The position numbers and the translations under genes are program-made. A stretch of 64,000 nucleotides of DNA from Octopus sinensis (taxonomy: Eukaryota). The DNA lies in assembly GCF_006345805.1 (NCBI RefSeq), contig NC_043002.1, positions 75,144,001-75,208,000 on the forward strand. The letters run 5' to 3'. Under the pieces are notes generated by a model. That model made no database searches, had not been told where the DNA came from, and saw nothing but the letters and a program-made list of their open reading frames with translations. Positions 52,076 through 64,000 of the stretch are shown piece by piece (the first letter of the stretch is position 1; each line of letters starts with the position of its first letter).

Positions 52076-53517
52076 AGAAATATTGTACAGTTTAAAATTT
52101 TATTACACCAAGTAGCCTTCTTTTCTGTTCCTACTTTTGTAAAGCATTTATTTACCATTTTGGTGAAAATATTTGAGCTTCCATTTTACCTGTATCTCAT
52201 TATTGCTGTCATTATTGGTTACAAGAGCAAGAAATTTATTTTATTTTGTATTATTATTTTTTTTTCAGGTAAATATTCGTTATTTCAATAATGACACATT
52301 ACTTTCTATTTAGTTTTTTTTCGTCTTTTTTTGTTTTACAAACTTTGCTTATTTATGTATTCATTTATTTATTTATCTAAAGTGTAAACTTAACCAATTT
52401 GATTTTCTTCTTGTCATCTCTCTTGCTCTTAGCTGTCTCCTATTTATTCCTCTCTAATCTTGTTACCTCCTTCAATGAATTATCTAACTTCAACATCCCC
52501 CACTGCAACAGTACTTTAGTCTCTTTCTTTACTAATCAACTACTACTACTACTATCACCACCACCACGTCCGCCGCCACAACCACCACCACTATCATCAC
52601 TGTTGCTGTATGGAGTTTATATATATAATCACTACAGTCAACATGTCATTAAGTGATTTTTTTTTGTTTTGAAACACTTGTTCAGAATTAGATCACTTAA
52701 GAATTAAAAGCTTTACCAAATTTATTTTTGCTTCCAAGATTTTTGTGGAAATGTGAAACTACTTTCCCCACTAAAATATGACAATTTAATTTTCTACCAG
52801 TTTTTTTTTTTCTCTCTCATTTCTCTTGATTTTAGTTAAAATTAAACTTAATGTTTGTAGTTATTAGTGGTGGCAGTGGTGTGGTGATGGTGGTAATGGG
52901 TTTGAATTTGGCATACTTTTTTTTTTTCCAGAACCCCATCTCTCTTTCATCCTCTGCCTTATATGTTCTTGATGTTCATGCCGATAAGGTGATTAGCATT
53001 ATTAGACTTCTGCTATTCAGGAATCTTTTGTGGTACAGCTAAAGAACAGAGGTAGCTCACTATTGTGCCAAAGTACAACCTCGATCCGTTTACAATCACC
53101 TGTTGCAGCATCATTTTATCATGCACGTGTGTGAGAGAGAGAAAGAATGATTTACTCTTCTGAAATTTCAGAATATCACGATATATTTTCCTTACTTTTA
53201 AGAGTCAGCTTTTGTCTATGTGTTGTTGCTGTTTAGAATAGGTCCCCTATATCTCTGCATGCTATAATAAATAGGTGACTAAAAGGGTTGGTGTCAGGAT
53301 AGGCATCTAGTTTTATAATGCTTCAAAATATCCTGTGCAACTCCTATCAGTGTGGAAAAGGCATGAAAATGATCATGATAATGGTGCTGATGATGCCCAT
53401 CGAAAAAGGATGTTAAATGATGATAATGGTGATTTTATTATTATTATTAGTAATGGTGATGGTTGACTTATAGAATATATAAATTACATACTTATAATTT
53501 TTCCCTAATCTGAGTTT

Positions 53518-53810
53518 AGTACTTATTCTATTGGTTTCTTTTGCTGAACCACTAAGTTATAAGGATGTAAACACACCAACATTGGTTTTCAAGTAATGAT
53601 GGAGGGACAAACACAGATACAAAGACACACACACATAAATATATATACATGTACGATGGGCTTCTTTCAGTTTCCATTTACCAAATCCACTTACAAGACT
53701 TTGGTCAGCCTGAGGTTATAGTAGAAGACACTTGCTCAAGGTATCATGCAGTGTGACTGAACCCAGAACCATGTGGTTGGGAAGCAAGCATCTTACCACA
53801 CAGTTACACC
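53518..53810 (-). mobile_element. SINE group A
   Basis: agtacttattctattgg..gggcttctttcagtttccatttaccaaatccac..gggaagcaagcatcttaccacacag. Confidence 0.85.
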
Positions 53811-55145
53811 TGCTCCTTATATATTGAATAAAATACTGAGTCATATCCGCAGAGTCAGTTTATGAAGGTTCATTTACCATTTCCTGATTGCAATTGTGCC
53901 AGCGACTTGACTTTAACTTAAAGTTTTGCTGGCTGATGTTACAGAATAATTTTATTGTACTAGTTTTGACAGAAATACTTAAATTTTTATGGCACAGGCT
54001 ACCTAGCTGTAAACATGTACTATGTGAAAAGGTACAGAATGTAGCAGAAAATAACTGAGTAACTATATTGTGAATGTTTTGTTAGTTTCCACTTCTGAAC
54101 TATTTCCTTCTATGAACAAGATTTCTTGGATACTGGCTTCCTATCAACTCAATTGGGATTAGTTTCTGCATCTTCATGGCCTTATATTATGACAATAAAA
54201 ATGAATTCAGAAAAAAGAACTGAAAATGAGAGGAAGAAATCCCTTTTCAATTAATGTGGAAATTGATGACATGTTATTTGCAAACTGACTTCACTAAGTA
54301 GTTTTGGTTCCTAGTTAAAAGCCATTTTGATTTACCTTATGAATATGGGGGAAGCAAACTGCCAATTGTTTTTTTTTTTTTTTTTTTTTTTTCATTGTAC
54401 TATTCAGAAAGGCATGAAAGTTACTAAGTCATGTTTATTTTCCTTTGAAATGAAAGATAGCCATGTCTTGTTAGAATATGCACTGGTGGTTAATGTGCAA
54501 TCTGAATTTAAGGAGTACATAAGTGAGTTGATCAAAAACTGCATATTGGCTGGTATAGACTTAAGAATAATTTTGCTGTGAGATAAAAGCATTAGCAATG
54601 GATTATATCTGAAAGCATGTGTTATGAGAATTAGGAAGGAAGTAGATATAGCATATTGAAATAAAGTTGGGCTTCTTAGATGAAATGTCAAAAGATATTC
54701 ATATATGGATGAGAATAGTGATAGTTCTCTAGATCTAGTCAAGCCATAGAAATGGTAAATAAATAAAATAGAATTTAGATTGTTGATGACGATAATGACA
54801 AAGCTTACTAGCAATGGAAATAGTATTGTGGATATAAGTTTTGCATTTTATGAACTTTCATTACATTTTTTGCAACAATTCTTTCATCACTTCAGGAATG
54901 AGATTTCCTTTATTTAAAAAAAACCAACCACATGTTATACTGTTTTACAGTATAACATTCCACTCTTTCACAATATAACTAAGAGTCCATTATAAACTTA
55001 ACTTACATTGACCAACTAGTATATTTAATATATAAAACCTATGCCTTTCTTAGAATGTATCATAGTTTACTTTTTTTAAAGTGAATTAGTCTCTTTGTCT
55101 TCTCAGTGACCAGACAAAGCACTGTTTCCTGTCTAGGTACTGTTA

Positions 55146-55378
55146 TTAACCCTTTAGGTACCAATCTACTGGACTCTGTCCCTGGTTCTTGGATACAAAC
55201 TTCTCAGTTTAAAGTGTTCTAAATTAAAAACTTTCATCAAAATTTCATATTAGTATTATATTCCAAACAAACACTAGCTAAATAAGGACAGTTGTTTTAC
55301 TAAATTCTTCATTATTTTCATAATTAATTGAAACATATGCAGTGTATTCCAACAAAAATATGGTAATGAAAGGGTTAA
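55146..55378. mobile_element. piggyBac-like MITE
   Basis: ttaaccctttaggtacc..ggtaatgaaagggttaa. Confidence 0.85.
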
Positions 55379-56994
55379 GGATCTTATATGGAATATTCAA
55401 TATTTGAGGGGCAGGAGATAGCACAAGACCTATGTAAATGCTGGATTAAAAATATGCAAAGTAGTAGTTCTAAAATAGTAATTGTTAATGAAGATGACAA
55501 TGAAAATGCATTTTAAGTGTTTTGTGCTACTGTAGTGCAACTAGCTATTATTTATTTATTTATTTTTTTACTTTACGGTAACAGCACTTAAAGATCTTGA
55601 AGTTTCTAAATGTCTCTTATTGAAATGCAAATTGCTGTCATTGGTCTAATCAGTGTAATTTTAGATTGGAAAAGAAAATGCAATTTTATCCTTCTCTCTT
55701 TTAATAACTAAATATTCTCACACTTAGCATATTTATTTAGTGTAGTAATTAAAAAACAACTATGTTACTCTATGCATTAGCATGGGAGAGGAGAATATTT
55801 CAATTGGTCCATGGACTTGTATTTTGTTTATTTCTAAGTTGTGTTTTTTTCTCTCTCTCTCAAAAAATGTAAAACCTATCTGATTATTATTATTTTCTGC
55901 TAAAATTAATTAGTTGTTTGGAATAGTTTCATGTATTGATTCCCCTTTAACTACAATATTTCAATATTGCCATTCAATTAATTTAGCTGTTAAAATTTTA
56001 ACCAGCCTGACCTGTGATTGAGTTGTCATGGTGTTTGTGTATGAGGGAAAAAATCCAGAGGTACTTTTCTGTCAATGACATAAACTTTGCAATCGAAAAT
56101 GCCCTCTGCCATCTGTTTGAAAATAATAAATTGGTCTACAGAAGCCACAGGTGATGTTCACAATTTTAATGGAGAACTTAATTTATCTATTGACAATTAG
56201 AAAACTTTTCATCTTTTTTTTTTAACAATTTATTTCTCAAGGATGTTAATTTTGCTCATAGGTTGTTGAGGTCATTTAATTTCTTTCATTAGTCACATAT
56301 ATGAATTACACTGAGTTAGATGTAAGCAAGATGTAGGATAACTGACCATAGCATTATATGATTAAACCTAGCTACACCCATTGTTTTGTCTGGATGCATA
56401 AATCTTTTCTGATTGACGACAGGTCCTATTTCTATGCTGCAGTTGAGGTGTTTAGCAATAATAGGAATGTACCCAATAACTGCTGAGTGCATTTCTCCTA
56501 CTTACTATTTTAATAATTGAACCAATAAAAACAGCTCTGAGCATTTTAATTAAATACTTGTAATAGGTTTGTAATGGAGATTTTTTTAACATTTGTTTGT
56601 AGCCACTTAAAATATAGTTATTCTATATTGAGTTATTCTAAACTGAAATCGATGCTAAATTTGGAGCATTAGTTAGCAACTAACTCATTAAAAATAAATT
56701 GGTATGAAAATAATGATTTTCATTTTACTACAGATTCTTCAGAAATCACTGAAGCCATTGACTGACTATATTATATAAGTTTCTTTGGAATGAATTATTT
56801 TTAATTATTTTCATGTGGTTGGCTAGTGAGTTTTGAGTTTAGCTCAAGTGTTATGTCTGTAATTAAAACAATGTAATGCTTATAGTTATTATACGATGGC
56901 TTTACTGTAATGACAGCCTCTTTATTTAGAAATACTTATTCTGATCTATTCATATCCAAAAATGTGATAAAATTGTGATATATATATACTTGTA

Positions 56995-57350
56995 TAAGCA
57001 TGCTGTCTTAATGACAACATATGTTGCATTGACATAAAGTTTTGCATATACTTTGGGTGAGTGTCTTTTACTGCAGTCCTGGGTTGACTAAAGCCTTGTG
57101 AGTGGATTTGGTAGACAGAGACTGAAAGAAGTGTGTGTGTGTGTGTGTTTTTTTTTGTCACCCACCACTCAACAACCAATATTAGTTTGTTTATGTCCCT
57201 GTAACTTAATGGTTCATTCAGCAAAGGAGACCAATCGATTAAAGATGTTAAAAGAAAAAAAAAGCCAATTTATTTGACTAAAACCCTTCAAGGTGTTGCC
57301 CCAGCATGGCCACAGCCCAATGCCTGAAAGAAGTGAAAAATAAAAGATAT
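56995..57350 (+). mobile_element. SINE group A, head decayed
   Basis: aaagccttgtgagtggatttggtagacagagactgaaagaag..ggtgttgccccagcatggccacag. Confidence 0.8.
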
Positions 57351-58164
57351 CTTTTAAGGAAAATATATGATGGAGAAACAAAAACTTTTAGAATATTATA
57401 AACTGTTAACCAGCACTTATGGTCTGCTGTATAAAGTCTAGAATTTTATGTAGCATTATCTTTGGTCAGCAGGACACGTATTTTTTTCCCTTTCTATTTT
57501 GTTTATTTTCAATACATCTGATCTAGCTTTGTGTATGTGATCTATTATTTCTATTGATGGTTTTCTTCTTTTACTCATTGTTCCCTAGAATTCATCAATT
57601 CTGCAAATCTAATCTTTCTTTATCATAAGTATCACACTTGTGAGCTTTATTCTCATTCAAGTTGCCAATCCTGTATATTCAGGTTAATCTCTAAATTTCT
57701 GTTAATCTTCCTTTTACAGTTTTTCTAATCTTTTCTAGTGGAATATGAATTCTGTTCTTTCACTAACTTATGGCTGTTGATTGTGACAGATTTTCTACAT
57801 TGTTAATGTTGTTTGGATAAACTTAGCCAAGTTTCTGTTTTCTTTTTTTTCATGATCAAAAAAAAAAAATTACTGTTTGATATTGAAATTAATTTTTTTT
57901 CTCCTTTTTATACAATTATCTACTGTTTTTTTTTTTTACCTTAAAAATTTTTAACTTGATATTTGTATTTTCCTAAAGAGGGTTTTTGATACTCTGTTGA
58001 AATGCACCATTTTGTGGAAAGGTGAAGATAATTCTAAATGATTCTACACTTGTTTCTCATTTTAACAGAGAATATTATCTCATATATTTCATTTAAAAAT
58101 TGCTCTTGAAATCTTCCATCAAAAATTTCATTTAAGCTCTGAATGGCTTTAGAAGGCCAGTGGT

Positions 58165-58530
58165 TATCTTTTTATCTTCTACTTGATTCAATCATTAAAA
58201 TGCAACCATGTTGGGGCACCGTCTTGGAGAATTTTTAGGTGATCCCAGTACTTTCTATTTTTAAGCTTGGTACTTATTGTTTCAGTCACTTTTGCCAAAC
58301 TGTTAAGTTAGGGGATGTAAACACACCAACACTGGTTGTCAAGCTGTGATGACTCACATGCACACACACACGACAAGCTCCTTTCAGTTTCTGTTTACCA
58401 ATTCTGCTCACAAAGCTTTGGTCAGCCCAAAGGTAGAGCAGAAGACACTTGCCCAAGGTGTCACACAGTGGAACTGAACTCAAGACCAAGTGGTTAGAAA
58501 CCAAACTTCTTACCATGCAGCCATGCCTGT
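58165..58530 (-). mobile_element. SINE group A
   Basis: accatgttggggcaccgtcttgg..cagtttctgtttacc..agaagacacttgcccaaggtg..cttcttaccatgcagcc. Confidence 0.8.
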
Positions 58531-58719
58531 GTCTACATTTTAAATTTTTATGCTATTAAGTAGAGTATTATAAATTTCTTTCTAGGATAGGGCTGACCAA
58601 TGCTTAGTGAATGAAATTTGGTGCATGTCTTTATGTCCACCGATGAGCAAACAAATTGGGGCTGTGATATTGCTAATAGAGATTCTTCCTAATTTTTGCA
58701 CAAAGCCAGCAATTTTAAA

Positions 58720-58895
58720 AGGGGAAGGGGGTTAGTTAATTACATTGACCCTAGTATTTAACTGCTACATTATTGTATTGACTCCAGTATTTGACAGGTA
58801 CTTCATTTTATCAGTCTAAGCAAAGTTGACCTCAGCAGTCTTTGAACTCAGAACATACAGTTTGAAGAAACGCTGCTAAGCATTTGAGCTGACAC
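58720..58895 (-). mobile_element. SINE group C, degenerate
   Basis: gcaaagttgacctcagcagtctttgaactcagaac..gctgctaagcattt. Confidence 0.7.
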
Positions 58896-58999
58896 ACTAG
58901 GCTGGTAAAATCTTGAGAGAGAGTGTAGTTGAATAATTGACTTCAATATCTTACTGCTATTTATTTTTATCAGAATGAAATGCAAAATTGGCCCTTGAA

Positions 59000-59484
59000 T
59001 GTCCATGACAAAAAAATATTCCTCCAGTGCTGTTCTGACCTCATCTACAGAATTCATATTTTCTCCATCCAAATGATTTTGAAGACTGCAGAATAAATGA
59101 TAATCAGATGGGGCAATGTCCAGCGAATACAGTGGATAGGGCATCATTTCCCATTCAAAATGCTCCAGCCTTTGGAGCATTTTGAATGGGAAATGATGCT
59201 CCACCCACCATATTTGCTGGACATTGCTCCATCTGATTATCATTTATTCTGAAGTCTTCAAAATCATTTGGATGGAGAAAATATGAATTCTGTAGACAAT
59301 ACTGGAGGAGTATTTTTTTTGTCATGGACAAGTGAATTTTGGAAGAAGACCCTTTCAAGTCTACCAGATAGATGGAAGAGCATTGTAGAAAATGAAGGAG
59401 AGTATATTTTAGATTAAAATTTATTTTCATTTTGAAAAATAAAGGAAGTATAAAAAACTGCATTATCTATGGGATGACCCAATA
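59000..59484 (+). pseudogene. Mariner 3' relic (transposase C-terminus plus 3' TIR) with a fold-back inverted duplication of 59173-59330 at 59000-59167
   Basis: LEHFEWEMM..DIAPSDYHLF.SLQNHLDGENMNSVD..SLPDRWKSIVENEGEYILD* (stop 59415-59417); TIR-like end gcattatctatgggatgacccaata; the left arm translates to the same peptide on the minus strand. Confidence 0.92.
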
Positions 59485-59696
59485 AATACTACACTATATT
59501 TTGTAGGACACTTTACCATTTTTTTTAATCCACTGTCTTCTGACTTGAATTTGAATTGATTGTAAAATCACCCACCTACAAAAATATGAAACGAAGGAGA
59601 AAAATAATTTGGTTTTGTGTTTAAGGTATTATAATTAATCATGACTTCTCACTTCATCAAAAGTTTTGCATTTCTTTTTTGGCAGGGTTAGAGGCT

Positions 59697-59850
59697 GTTG
59701 TTGGGGAATGCAGTTGACCTCAGTAGTTCACTGGTACTTTAGTTTGTTGAGGTCTGAAGAGATGAAAGGGAAAGTCAGTCTAGGTGGGGATAGGACCCAG
59801 AATGCGAAGAGATATGGCTAAATACTGAAGAAGCATTTCATTCAGCACCA
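59697..59850 (-). mobile_element. SINE group C, degenerate
   Basis: ctggtactttag..gatgaaagggaaagtcag..ggacccagaatg. Confidence 0.6.
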
Positions 59851-61356
59851 GTTGTACCTAATAATAATAATGAAAAGGATAAAAATGTTTTTACTGCTGT
59901 CTATTGATATTTAAATTTTCTTTGAAGCTAGTTACCAAAAAGAGAGAAAAGAAAATAATAATAATAATAATTAAAAACCTTTAAACAAAACACATGCATA
60001 AAAAAAACCCTATTTCTCTCTATGAAGTTTGATAACTAAAATGATTAGGTGATTTCAAGAAAAATAGAAAATTGTGTTTGAAATGTGTGTATGTGTGTTG
60101 TGAAAGAGAGAGTTTGGGAAGTGAGATGCATGGAGATGGTTGTAATACTTTATAAAAGGTATGTAAAATATTCCATCTACAATTATAAATGGTGGTGGTG
60201 GCGGAGGTGGTAGTAGTTGTGGTGGTATTGATTCTTAACATTTTAATCTTATTGATTTATTTCGATTCTTTTTCTTTATTTTCTCCTCTCTCCCACTAGC
60301 AAGATTTAAAAATAAAAACACGCCAACAAAAAAAAAAAAGAAAGAAAAGACATGACAGAAAAACAAAACAAAACAAAAAGGATTTAAATAAAAAAAAAAA
60401 GGAGGGAAATGTATCGTTCTTATTCTTATCAAATAGATGTTCTCCTCTCTGCATTGGCAGTGTCTTCTACTGCTTTTTTCTCTGCATCACATACATATTC
60501 TTAGCACATTTTGTTAAGTCGGAGAGTGGGGTGGTGGTGGTGGCTGTGGTGGCAGAGATAGTGCATAATGTTCCTTGTAGTGCCAGCTGTAAATAGTCAA
60601 CATTCATTGTGATGGCTGCTACTGTGTATATAATAAGTATTGTGATGATTGTGATGGTGACAGTGGTGGCTGTGGTGACTTCTTCCCTATTGTCTTGAAA
60701 ATAATAATAATGATGATGATGATGATGATGAAGAAGAAGAAGATGATTATTTTTTTATCATTAATCTTTCACTACTTATATAGGGAAAGATTAGGGATAA
60801 AAATTATTCCAGGGTTAGAGGGAATAAATCAGTGCCACTATACACATACGGTGAACAAACACACACACGTGCATGCGTGCGCCTGTACAGCTTTTCTGCC
60901 ATATTGTCTTCAAAAAGAAAACAAAGAACAACTTTAAAAATACACACACACACGCGTACGTATTATATTTGAAGAATTTGTTGAAGTGTAGAGGAGGCTT
61001 AAAGGTTTCTTGTAAAAATAAGTAAATTTTCTCCTGATTAGGGAAGTTCTTTCTGCTAGGTTTCCTGTACAATTCCTCTGGTAGATAATAAAACTTTCAA
61101 TAGTTAGTGTAGCTCATGTAAGAAAGAATGAAAGAAAGAGAGAAGAGAGCAAAGAAGCAAGAAGAAAGAGAAATCAGAAGAAATATCGAAAAGTATTCTG
61201 ATGATGTCAATGATGATGATGATGATGATGGTGATGTTAAAAGCTAAAATATTAAAATCTTTGATATCAAACTGTTTTATTGATTCATCTGGGTCAAAAA
61301 TAAGATAGAGAATAATAGTACTGTAGATAGCATTTAATCTCTGAAGAATGACTTAC

Positions 61357-61409
61357 CTTTTGTCTCTCTATAACTTCATTGGTTTGAATGGAGTATTTGA
61401 TATTTTGAG
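61357..61409 (-). other. Candidate 53-nt exon (phase 1-0: xQNIKYSIQTNEVIERQK)
   Basis: Acceptor ttccttaactcaccag, donor AAG|gtaagtc. Confidence 0.3.
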
Positions 61410-61879
61410 CTGGTGAGTTAAGGAACTGACATTACTGAAGATATTCTTGCTTGCTTGTTATGTATGAGTTAGGAAGACATTTTTGACTTGATTTTTTTTT
61501 TCTTTTTTATTCTTTTAATTTGATTTCATTAATCTTTCGTTAAATTCAGCTTAAATAAAATATGCAATTAAGCCATACAAGAATGAAAAATGAATAAATC
61601 ACAATTAGATATTCATTTTTTCTCTCTTTTTCTTCTTCTTTTTTTTTGTTGTTGTTGTTCTTTCTGCCATTTGAATATCTTCTTTTTCTTTGTGCCATCG
61701 AATCTGTTCTTTTTCCTTCTCTCCCCACTTACCAACCCCCAATCCATTCATTTGAATGAAATGTTGATGCAGGTGTTATTTTTATTTCGGTTCTTGTTGC
61801 TCATCTTCAAGCAAAGTAAGGCATGGAGGTTGTGCATCAAATATTAGAAACAGACCTCCACATCCTCAGTCCTGTGTGT

Positions 61880-62205
61880 GTGTTCTCTTACTCTTTTGCT
61901 TGGTTCAGTCATTAAAACTATAGCAATCAATATTGGGGCACCACCATGAAGGACATTAGCCAGTTATATTTATTTTTTAAAGTCTGGTACTAGTTGACCT
62001 CGATTTGTTGGTCCATTAGGTTGCATATGCTTAAGAGGACACATACAAGAAATTTTACATGCACGCATATATATGCAGCTACCAATTTCACTCACAGGGC
62101 ATTGGTCACTGTGGTCCTGTAATAATAGATGTGTGCTGAAGAAGCTATGCAATGAGGCTGAATTCAAAACCACAGAGCTGTGATTTGAGGTTTCTTAATC
62201 ATACA
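61880..62205 (-). mobile_element. SINE group A, degenerate
   Basis: ctcttttgcttggttcagtc..ggggcaccaccatgaagg..ctaccaatttcactcacagggcattggtc. Confidence 0.65.
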
Positions 62206-62910
62206 GTCTTACCTTCATCCACCATCATTTACTCTGCTGAATTACAAAATTTGTAGTGCACAGAAGGCTGCATGCTTGTTTCTGTATAGAGTGAAGTGTA
62301 AATCTTGGCTTGTTGTGCATTCAGTTTGCTGTCTAACTTTATTTACCTGATTAAATTATGGATTCAGTTTGGTTTCTTTGGATTTGTAGTAGAAAAAAGG
62401 TCAGTTGTTCTTCTCTAGGCAGCCATTCAATGTTTTCTTCTTTATGTTGTATCCTTAATGAAGATATAGTGATATACTTTGCACAAAGGTAGAATGTGGG
62501 GCCAATGATAGTGTGAGGATCAGCAATGCTTGGCTACTAATAAATTCTAAACACTCAATTTACAGGTTAATTTTCATGCTGATTTTTTTTTTCTAGATTG
62601 TTATTGTTATTCTCCTGGTCTGCTCTAATTAAAGATTAATGATTGTATATTTAAAGGCATTCCAGCCATGACTATCTTGTCTATTCTTGTATAGTTTATC
62701 TTATACTATATTATCTAGTATATGTATAAGTTCAGTAAAAATTTAGATTCAGTTGAATATGGTACCAGAATTTAGTATGGTATTATCCATATAATTCAAA
62801 ATGGGAAAACTGATGTAATACTTGCATTGTTTAATTAAATGGAGTTGCATGGAATAATCGTACTGCATAACCTCTGGATATCCTTGTTGCTTATTTTGAT
62901 ATACATATAT

Positions 62911-63218
62911 CATGTGATCACGTGACCGACCAGGCTATCAAATGTTGCTACACATTGCTGGTCACAATGTGCTTCGCATTTTTTTAGCCTTCGAATTACG
63001 CCACCCCGCTGGTTAAGCGAGCAGGCCAACCGAAGAAAGAGTGAGAGAAATTTGCAGCGAAAAAGTACAGCAGGGATCCCCCACCCTTCCTGCCGGAGCC
63101 TCGTGGAGCTTTAGGTGTTTTCGCTCAATAAACACTCACAACGCCTGGTCTGGGAATTGAAACCATGATCCTACGACCGTGAGTCTGCTGCCCTAACCAC
63201 TGGGCCATTGCACCTCCA
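62911..63218 (-). mobile_element. Young CpG-rich tRNA-derived SINE, group D
   Basis: Minus-strand head tggaggtgcaatggcccagtggttagggcagcagactcacggtcgtaggatcatggtttcaattccc (A-box TGGCCCAGTGG, B-box-like GGTTTCAATTCCC), then ~230 bp of non-tRNA body. Confidence 0.85.
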
Positions 63219-64000
63219 TATATATATAAGGCTGTCCAACATATGCAAGCATGGAACATTAAATGATGATGATAGATATATAATTTGGGGTTTAAATATG
63301 TATGTCTTTAATATTTTTAATGGATTTAGAAATGCTTAATGTGTTCATGTATTAACTGTTTCCATGTTCATTCTGTTTTGTTTTCAAGAAGTTTTGAAAT
63401 ACCAATCTTGAGTATAGGTTTAGATTGTTCTTGAAGTCTTATATAACCAATAGATTATCCAACCACTTTTTTTTCAAAGCCATATAAGATTTAAAATAAT
63501 GCAGTTTCTAAATGTCATACTCTTTACATTGTTTAATTCCATTAAGTCTTTCATATAAAGTGTGCAATTATTTCTGTAGACTTGTTTTGATGTCCTCTTA
63601 TCTGAATAATTCTTAAGAGATAATCTTTCATTATGGTTCTCCTTTGCATTTCCTGACACTCATTTAAACAGTGGTAGTTACTGATTTTCTTGGGTACTGT
63701 CCAAAATAGTAATTTCTTAAGGAAGCCCCCCCCCCCATCATGAAGCTTGCTACACTGTAACCAGTGAATTCTATTCACATTTAAATTCTTCTGTATCAAG
63801 ACCCAGTATTAATTATCTAGCTGTGTACCCATGATACAATAGAAGCACTTTCTGCATGATGCAAGTGTTTGAGTTTGGTAGAATAATGAGTAGTTACTAA
63901 GAAGCTTATTCACACGACCATTTTACCTCCATAGATGAGGTGACAGATATTAATTCATTACATGACTTACATATTCCATTTGAGTTAAATTTTTAATCAG

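Noticed and set aside
54404-54814. 136-aa minus-strand ORF
   Set aside because: No recognisable domain or splice signals; starts at a non-ATG codon; plausible by chance or as the antisense shadow of the plus-frame relic.
60455-60466. TGGCAGTGTCTT matching the 5' end of miR-34
   Set aside because: The match stops after 12 nt and the flanks do not form a pre-miRNA hairpin.
63140-63218. Possible tRNA gene
   Set aside because: Has A/B boxes but no complete cloverleaf or acceptor stem and continues into a SINE body.
1-64000. CRISPR arrays, rRNA/snRNA genes, telomeric arrays, hammerhead ribozyme cores
   Set aside because: No repeat-spacer periodicity or recognisable conserved sequence seen by eye; an Infernal/Rfam scan would be needed to exclude them fully.

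Overview
AT-rich, microsatellite-dense eukaryotic genomic DNA with no long coding ORF. The repeat families resemble those I know from Octopus genomes, so a coleoid cephalopod origin is inferred. The long ORFs in the track come from simple repeats or low-complexity tracts, apart from those overlapping transposon relics. Supported content: dozens of tRNA-derived SINE copies from four groups (labelled A-D here, one full-length copy with a 17-bp TSD); a 3' fragment of an RTE/BovB-like LINE; two R4/Dong-like LINE 3' fragments; two mariner relics; Helentron-type non-autonomous elements; TTAA-flanked piggyBac-like MITEs; and a near-identical ~958-bp tandem duplication. Several short candidate exons, best at 29459-29773 on the minus strand, suggest intronic or UTR territory of a large gene or a spliced lncRNA, but no gene could be named. 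The most unusual structures are fold-backs: a ~330-bp mariner-derived palindrome with a 5-nt loop (59000-59330), a 46-bp inverted duplication at a mariner breakpoint (44004-44442) and a diverged ~310-bp inverted repeat pair (31523-33650). All are candidate dsRNA/ADAR substrates. No database searches were run; family names come from recalled consensus features, and most repeat boundaries are approximate.
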